Position numbers and translations under genes: made by a program
Origin: Candidatus Latescibacterota bacterium
GTDB lineage: Bacteria; Latescibacterota; UBA2968; UBA8231
Reading direction: 5' to 3'
DNA: 64,000 nt
Assembly: GCA_965248355.1 (NCBI GenBank)
Contig: OZ252098.1
Location: 1,088,001-1,152,000 of the forward strand
The notes under the pieces: model-generated
Seen by the model: only the letters and a program-made list of their open reading frames with translations
The model's database searches: none
Told to the model about the DNA's origin: nothing
Shown here: positions 58,759 through 64,000 of the stretch, in pieces
Numbering within the stretch: the first letter of the stretch is position 1
Layout: each line of letters begins with the position of its first letter

Positions 58759-60303
58759 TCAGTCCCGGCGCAGCGACAGCACCGGAGCGTAGGGACGGAG
58801 GAACGTGCGCTGCCACCAGACCCCTCGCCGCCGCTCCTCTCCGCGGCTGAAGCGATACTCGAAGAGGTGGGCGCGCAGATATCGAGGCGGGGGCCCATCG
58901 GCAAAGGGGTCGGCCGCCAGCAGCCCGAGGACGGGGCCGGATCCCTCCAGCAGGCGGGTGGCGAAGGCGCCGAACCAGGGGGCTCGCTCGAACCCGCGCA
59001 GGGCGGCGAACCACATCTGCCAGTCCAGGCGCGGCATGTGGGGGCCGGCGAAGGACGGACGGACGGTGACCTCCGTCGGCTTGTACCGGAAGCGGTAGGT
59101 ACGCCATTCGACGCCGTCCCGGCTGCCTTCGAGGACGATCTCGGGACGGGTGGTGGTCATGACCGCGAACAGCCCGTACGAGCTCGACAGATGCAGGGGT
59201 CTCAGCCACCTCTGCAGCTCGAACAAGGGTCCCGCGCGGCCCACGTCGAGCCGCAGGGTGGCTGCCAGTTGCAGGCTGCTCAGGCACAGGATGACCGCAG
59301 CCGCGGGCCAGAGCAGCCAGCGCGGCCAGCGCCGGCCGTTCCCGGTCTCCGTGCTGGCGCCGGCGAGGCGGCCGAAGGCGGCATCGTCGAGCAAGGGCAG
59401 ACAGAGGACGAGGGTCAGGAGGTTGAAGAACCCGTAGTTGCCAGTGGCCGCGATGCCCAGCTGCAGCAGGGCGAAGCCGGCCGCCGCCGCCAGCCGCCAC
59501 CGGCGCGGGCCGAATACGGCCAGGGGCAGGATCAACTCCACACCGAACAGCCACAGCGTCTCGGCCGTGTGCACGGACCCTGGCAGATGGTGGGCAAACC
59601 AGCTCGTCCACGTGGGGATGGGCTGGGTCTGGTAGTGGTGCTCCATGGCCGTCAAGCCGCGCCATGCCGGGTCTCCACTGAGGAGCTTGACCACACCCGA
59701 GGACCACATGAGCCGGAAGATCAGCCAGCGCAGAAGCCAGGTGACCGCCCTCGACGGAGGCTCGTCCCACACCCGGCGCGGCCTCCAGCCCAGGGGCGCC
59801 CACAGCACGGCCAGCACGCCCGCCTCCAGCAGCAGCACGTCCCACTGGTACGACAGGAACTGCTGGCCGGCCACGTACACCGACAGGTAGGCCAGCCAGC
59901 ACGAAGCGAGGGCCGGAGCCGGCGCGATACCGGCGAGAGCCAGCAGCGCCGCGGCGCAACCCGCGGCGCACAGCGCGTGCAGGGCCGGGTCCCCGGCGTC
60001 GAGCCACAGCACCGTGGGCAGGTGCCACCAGGCCGCGGACCCGAGTTGCTCCCGGGCCCATCGCAGATGATCGGCCACCGGCAGGATGCCGCGCGATCCC
60101 ACCAGCCCCTCCGCCTGGCTCCAGAAGGAGGCGAAGGCCACCAGGTAGACGAGACCCAGGCCGCGCACGAAGCAGGCTCGGGGCACCAGGACCCGCCTGG
60201 TCGCCCCGGGCTCGGCGGGCCTTTCCGACCTGTTCTCGATGGACGCCTCGGGCACTCGCTCTCCACCTCGTTCCCGGTCGTTCCCGATACCGTATTGCAT
60301 CAT
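58759..60303 (-). CDS. Lipase maturation factor (LMF1) family membrane protein
   Basis: FLSYQWDVLLLEAG, FRLMWSSGVVKL, TQPIP, TGNYGFFN, YGLFAVMT, PHMPRLDWQMWF; start uncertain. Confidence 0.9.
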   Translation of the reverse strand: MMQYGIGNDRERGGERVPEASIENRSERPAEPGATRRVLVPRACFVRGLGLVYLVAFASFWSQAEGLVGSRGILPVADHLRWAREQLGSAAWWHLPTVLWLDAGDPALHALCAAGCAAALLALAGIAPAPALASCWLAYLSVYVAGQQFLSYQWDVLLLEAGVLAVLWAPLGWRPRRVWDEPPSRAVTWLLRWLIFRLMWSSGVVKLLSGDPAWRGLTAMEHHYQTQPIPTWTSWFAHHLPGSVHTAETLWLFGVELILPLAVFGPRRWRLAAAAGFALLQLGIAATGNYGFFNLLTLVLCLPLLDDAAFGRLAGASTETGNGRRWPRWLLWPAAAVILCLSSLQLAATLRLDVGRAGPLFELQRWLRPLHLSSSYGLFAVMTTTRPEIVLEGSRDGVEWRTYRFRYKPTEVTVRPSFAGPHMPRLDWQMWFAALRGFERAPWFGAFATRLLEGSGPVLGLLAADPFADGPPPRYLRAHLFEYRFSRGEERRRGVWWQRTFLRPYAPVLSLRRD

Positions 60304-60393
60304 GGCCCGGCGCTCCAGGCCGTCGCAACGGACGGGGTCAGATGCTTCGCGCGGGCCGGTGGCGCCGTGCAGTCGCCGCCGGCCCGCGCCGTC

Positions 60394-60422
60394 TTGACCC
60401 TCCTCCCGGCCCCCCGTAGCCT
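60394..60422 (+). promoter_or_regulatory. Sigma70-type promoter for the sulfatase-like gene
   Basis: TTGACC-N17-TAGCCT. Confidence 0.5.
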
Positions 60423-60468
60423 ACCGTCTTCTCCAGGGATTCCCTCCCCGACCCGATCCGAGGCATCC

Positions 60469-61860
60469 ATGACGCCGCGCAAGAAGCCGTTGAACCTCGT
60501 CCTCCTCGGTGTGGACAGCCTGCGGGCCGACCACATGAGCTGTTACGGGTACAGCCGGCAGACGACGCCGCACATCGACCACCTGGCCGGCCAGGGGGTG
60601 CTGTTCGAGCGGAACTACGCGCCCCACATCCCGACGACCTCGGCCTACGCCTCCATGCTGAGCGGTCTCGACGCCTTCTCCACCACCGTCGTCGCCCTGC
60701 GCCACAAGGGAGGTCTGCCCGACCGCGTGACCACCCTCCCGGAGATTCTGGGAGAGGCCGGATACGACACCAGCTGCGTCGGCTTCAGCGGCAACCCGAG
60801 CTCGCGAGGTTTCGACACCTACCTCGACTACCCGGGCTGGGGCCGCTGGAGCGAGGGCCGCAGCCCGAAGGCGGATCGGCTCAACGACGTGGCCGTGCCG
60901 GAGCTCGAGCGCCTGGCGGCGGGAGACAGGCCCTTCTTCCTGTTCCTGCGCCACATGGACCCCCATGCCCCCTATCTGCCGCCGGCGCCCTTCGAGCGCA
61001 TGTTCTACTCGGGCGACGAGCGCGACCCGGCCAACCGGTCCATGGAGCCGGTCATGGGCTTCAAGCCATTCTGCGACTTCTTCGCCGAGTGGATGCCCCC
61101 GGGGATCACCGACGCCGAGTACGTCACCGCCCAGTACGACGGCGCCCTGGCCTACATGGACGCCAGCATGCAGCGGCTCCTGACCCGCATCGACGAGCTC
61201 GGCCTGCGCGACGACACCCTCGTCGTCCTCAACGGCGACCACGGGGAGACACTCTACGAGCACGAGTGCTGGTTCGACCACCACGGCCTCTACGAGAACA
61301 CCCTCCACGTGCCGCTGATCCTGCGTCTTCCCGGACGACTGCCCGAGGGACGCCGTGTCGCCGGCTACAGCCGGCACCAGGACCTGGCGCCCACGATCCT
61401 GCAGCTGCTGCAGATGCGCGGCGCGAAGATCGACTTCGACGGCAGCTCCCTGCTGCCGCTGGTCGACGGCCGGCGGGCGAGCAACGCCTCCGAGTTCTAC
61501 ATCACCGAGTGCACGTGGATGCGCAAGCACGGCTGGCGCACGCCGCAGTGGAAGCTGATCCTGGCCCTGGAGCCGGACTTCCACTTCAAGCCCGAGGTCG
61601 AGCTCTACAACCTCGTCGAAGACCCCCGGGAGTTGAGGAACCTGGCGGATCGGGAACCGGGTGTGGCGGCCCTCCTGCGGGAGCGGCTCGAGAGTTGGGT
61701 GACCCGGCGCGAGGCGGAGACGGGGCGTGTGAACCCCATGTACACCAACCTCGACTGGCACGGTTCCAAGACCCATCAGGGGCCCTTCACCTCATCGCAA
61801 CAGGCCTACGACACCCTCCACATCGGCTCGGTGGGAGCCGCCGACCGGCTCCAGCGCTAG
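60469..61860 (+). CDS. Sulfatase-like hydrolase (alkaline phosphatase superfamily)
   Basis: VDSLRADH, TPHID, DPHAPY, YDGALAYMD, GDHGE, HVPLI, ELYNL..DP.E..NLA. Confidence 0.88.
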   Translation: MTPRKKPLNLVLLGVDSLRADHMSCYGYSRQTTPHIDHLAGQGVLFERNYAPHIPTTSAYASMLSGLDAFSTTVVALRHKGGLPDRVTTLPEILGEAGYDTSCVGFSGNPSSRGFDTYLDYPGWGRWSEGRSPKADRLNDVAVPELERLAAGDRPFFLFLRHMDPHAPYLPPAPFERMFYSGDERDPANRSMEPVMGFKPFCDFFAEWMPPGITDAEYVTAQYDGALAYMDASMQRLLTRIDELGLRDDTLVVLNGDHGETLYEHECWFDHHGLYENTLHVPLILRLPGRLPEGRRVAGYSRHQDLAPTILQLLQMRGAKIDFDGSSLLPLVDGRRASNASEFYITECTWMRKHGWRTPQWKLILALEPDFHFKPEVELYNLVEDPRELRNLADREPGVAALLRERLESWVTRREAETGRVNPMYTNLDWHGSKTHQGPFTSSQQAYDTLHIGSVGAADRLQR

Positions 61861-61876
61861 TCGCCGGCGCTCCCCG

Positions 61877-63040
61877 TCAGTCCGGCCGGACCGCCTCGAA
61901 GGCCCAGTCGAGCCAGGGGGTCAGGGCCTCGATGTCGGAGGCCTCCATGGTCGGACCGCCCCAGATGCGCAGGCCGGGCGGTGCGTCGCGATAGGAGCCG
62001 ATGTCGTAGGCCGCCCCCTCCTTCTCCAGAGTCCGCGCCAGATCCTTCGCCCGGGCCGCCTGTTCCCCGGAGGGCCGGGCCGCCCAGGCACCGTCGACGA
62101 TGAGGAGGCAGATGGAGGTGGTGGACCGGATCCGGGGCCGGGCGGCGAGGAAGTCGATCCAGTCCCGCCCCGCGGTCCAGGCCTCCAAGACCGCCAGGTT
62201 GGCCCGGGAGCGCCGCACCAACTCGGGCAGACCGCCGATCGATTCCGCCCAGAGCAGCCCGTCGATGGCGTCCTCCACGCACAGCATGGACGGCGTGTTG
62301 ATGGTGCGGCCCTCGAAGAGCCCCTCGTCGAGGGCCCCGGCGGCGGTCATGCGGAACAGCTTCGGAAGCGGCCACGGGGGCGTGTAGGAGATCAGCCGTT
62401 CCACCGCCCGCGGACCGAGAACCAGCATGCCGTGGGCGGCCTCTCCCCCCATCGCCTTCTGCCAGGACCAGGTGACGACGTCGAGCTTGCCCCAGGGAAG
62501 GTCCATGGCGAAGACCGCCGAGGTGGCGTCGCAGATCGTCAGGCCCCGGCGGTCGGCGTCGATCCAGCCGGCGTCGGGCACGCAGACCCCCGACGTCGTG
62601 CCGTTCCAGGTAAAGACCACGTCGCGGTCCCCGTCCACTTGGCCCAGGTCGGGCAGCTCGCCATAGTCGGCGAGGAGGGGGCGCACGTCGGACAGAGGCA
62701 GCTGGCGGGTCAGCTCCGCGACCCATCCCCGGCCGAAGCTCTCCCAGGCCGGCACGTCGACCCCCCTGGGGCCGAGGAGCGACCAGAGGGCCATCTCCAC
62801 GGCGCCCGTGTCCGAAGCGGGGACCACGGCGATGCGGTGGTCGGCGGGAACGCCGAGAACGGTCCGCGTGCGCTCGATGACCTCGCGCAGCCGCGCCTCA
62901 CCGGCCGCCCCCCGGTGGGAGCGGCCCACGAGAGCGCCCCCCAGGGCCTCGAGGGACCACCCCGGACGCTTGGCGCAAGGCCCGGAGGAGAAGCACGGGT
63001 TGCCCGGCCGTCCCGCGGGCCTCGGCCGGTCAGTCGACAT
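61877..63040 (-). CDS. serC: Phosphoserine aminotransferase (Methanosarcina/alphaproteobacterial type)
   Basis: [50 protein letters not shown]. Confidence 0.92.
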   Translation of the reverse strand: MSTDRPRPAGRPGNPCFSSGPCAKRPGWSLEALGGALVGRSHRGAAGEARLREVIERTRTVLGVPADHRIAVVPASDTGAVEMALWSLLGPRGVDVPAWESFGRGWVAELTRQLPLSDVRPLLADYGELPDLGQVDGDRDVVFTWNGTTSGVCVPDAGWIDADRRGLTICDATSAVFAMDLPWGKLDVVTWSWQKAMGGEAAHGMLVLGPRAVERLISYTPPWPLPKLFRMTAAGALDEGLFEGRTINTPSMLCVEDAIDGLLWAESIGGLPELVRRSRANLAVLEAWTAGRDWIDFLAARPRIRSTTSICLLIVDGAWAARPSGEQAARAKDLARTLEKEGAAYDIGSYRDAPPGLRIWGGPTMEASDIEALTPWLDWAFEAVRPD

Positions 63041-63377
63041 GGTCCTTCAGGTCGAAGACGCACTCCATGAAGGCCCACCACTCCCCCTCCCCGGCCTCCG
63101 GCACCCGCTCCTGGAAGGTGCGCATCAGCTCGTCCCACTCGGCCGCCTTCGGGTTCCGCTCCACGTAGCGAGCGAAGTCGCGGGCGGGGTCGAAGTCGTC
63201 GGTGGTCGTCATGTGCATGAACATGCGCCGGCCGAGCAGGTAGATGCGCATGCCTTCGATGCCGACCTCCTTCAACCCCTGCAGCGGCTCGGGCCACGGG
63301 TGGCGGTGGTGCTCCTTGTAGCGCTCGATGATCTCCGGATCGTCCTTCAGGTTCAGGGTCAGCGCGTAGTGTTTCAT
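63030..63377 (-). CDS. L-rhamnose mutarotase family protein
   Basis: [30 protein letters not shown]. Confidence 0.85.
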   Translation of the reverse strand: MKHYALTLNLKDDPEIIERYKEHHRHPWPEPLQGLKEVGIEGMRIYLLGRRMFMHMTTTDDFDPARDFARYVERNPKAAEWDELMRTFQERVPEAGEGEWWAFMECVFDLKDHVD

Positions 63378-64000
63378 CCCTCCGTCTCCTCTGCGCGATA
63401 GGCCGCCGCCAGCAGGGACACGGGGTGCTCGACCCGGACTTCCCGCCCCCGCCGGCGCAGGCCGACTTCGATCTGCACGACGCATCCCGGGTTGCCGGTG
63501 GCCACCACCTCGGCGCCGGTGGCGTCCAGGTGTCCCAGCTTGCGCTCCAGCAGCGCCGCCGACATCTCCGGCTGCGTGATGTTGTAGATCCCGGCCGAGC
63601 CGCAGCACCAGTCGGCCTCGGTCAGCTCCACCAGCTCCAGGCCCGGGATCGCGGCCAGGATCTGCCGCGGGGCCTGGCTCACCCCCTGGCCGTGCTTCAG
63701 GTGACAGGACTCGTGATAGGTCGCGCGCAGGGCGCCGCCCTCGGCGCCGCGCAGACCCGCCCGGGGCGGTCTCGGTCCGGCCTCGACGAGCAGCTCGTGC
63801 ACGTCCCGGACCTTGCGGGACCACTCGCCCGCCCGGCTCCGGTAGGCGCCGTCGTCGGCCAGGAGCCGGTCGTAGTGCTTCACGTGGGAGCCGCAGCCCC
63901 CGGCGTTGACGACGACGGCGTCGAGGCGGTCCAGGTCGAAGGCATCCAGGTTGGCGCGGGCCAGCCGCCGGGCCGCCTCGACCTCGCCGTTGTGGCCGTG
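63374..64000 (-). CDS. glcF: Fe-S oxidoreductase with CCG domains (GlcF-like), 5' end outside the window
   Basis: NAGGCGS, TYHESCHLKHGQ, CCGSAGIYN, NPGC..QI, HPV.LL. Confidence 0.8.
   Translation of the reverse strand, partial: HGHNGEVEAARRLARANLDAFDLDRLDAVVVNAGGCGSHVKHYDRLLADDGAYRSRAGEWSRKVRDVHELLVEAGPRPPRAGLRGAEGGALRATYHESCHLKHGQGVSQAPRQILAAIPGLELVELTEADWCCGSAGIYNITQPEMSAALLERKLGHLDATGAEVVATGNPGCVVQIEVGLRRRGREVRVEHPVSLLAAAYRAEETEG

Noticed and set aside
58867..60468. Apparent 530-aa N-terminal extension of the sulfatase-like ORF
   Set aside because: Antisense to the LMF1 gene; a promoter and a sensible start lie at 60394-60471

Overview
High-GC bacterial core-chromosome segment with about 60 tightly packed housekeeping genes. 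It has no CRISPR array, prophage or defence island. From left to right it carries: a degenerate THUMP/methyltransferase-like gene with an M16 peptidase pair, trmJ-like, gmd, gcvP, gcvT, coaE, hflC, hflK, a PfkB kinase, clpP, epmA, clpX, an unusual cold-shock-domain protein, an AI-2E transporter with an inserted Ig-like domain, a cNMP-binding protein, trxA, holA, rnr, hisN, a short RpoD-like sigma factor, rph, a DnaC-like ATPase, smpB, tRNA-Leu(CAG), a glyoxalase, a DUF815 ATPase, cysS and tRNA-Arg(CCT). These are followed by a complete 12-gene alternative complex III (actABCDEFG)-SCO-caa3 (A2-type) oxidase operon, an orphan GroES-like gene, ppgK, a HupE/UreJ-SCO-cytochrome c trio, glgC, a decayed mgtE, an SDR, rmlA, an IS630 element inserted exactly at the rmlA stop codon, trpA, trpB, an S1-domain protein, qor, an LMF1-family gene, a sulfatase-like gene, serC, a rhamnose mutarotase and a partial glcF. 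The gene content (ACIII-caa3, Bacteroidota-like sigma, orphan GroES) suggests an FCB-group organism such as Latescibacterota or Gemmatimonadota; this is inference. No unmistakable new system is visible. The best leads are the cNMP-protein/Ig-domain AI-2E pair, the three-part cold-shock protein upstream of clpX, the DnaC-like ATPase coupled between smpB and rph, a ClpP with the catalytic Asp replaced by Ser, and two small ORFs missed by the ORF track. All product calls come from motif recognition by eye; no database searches were run.
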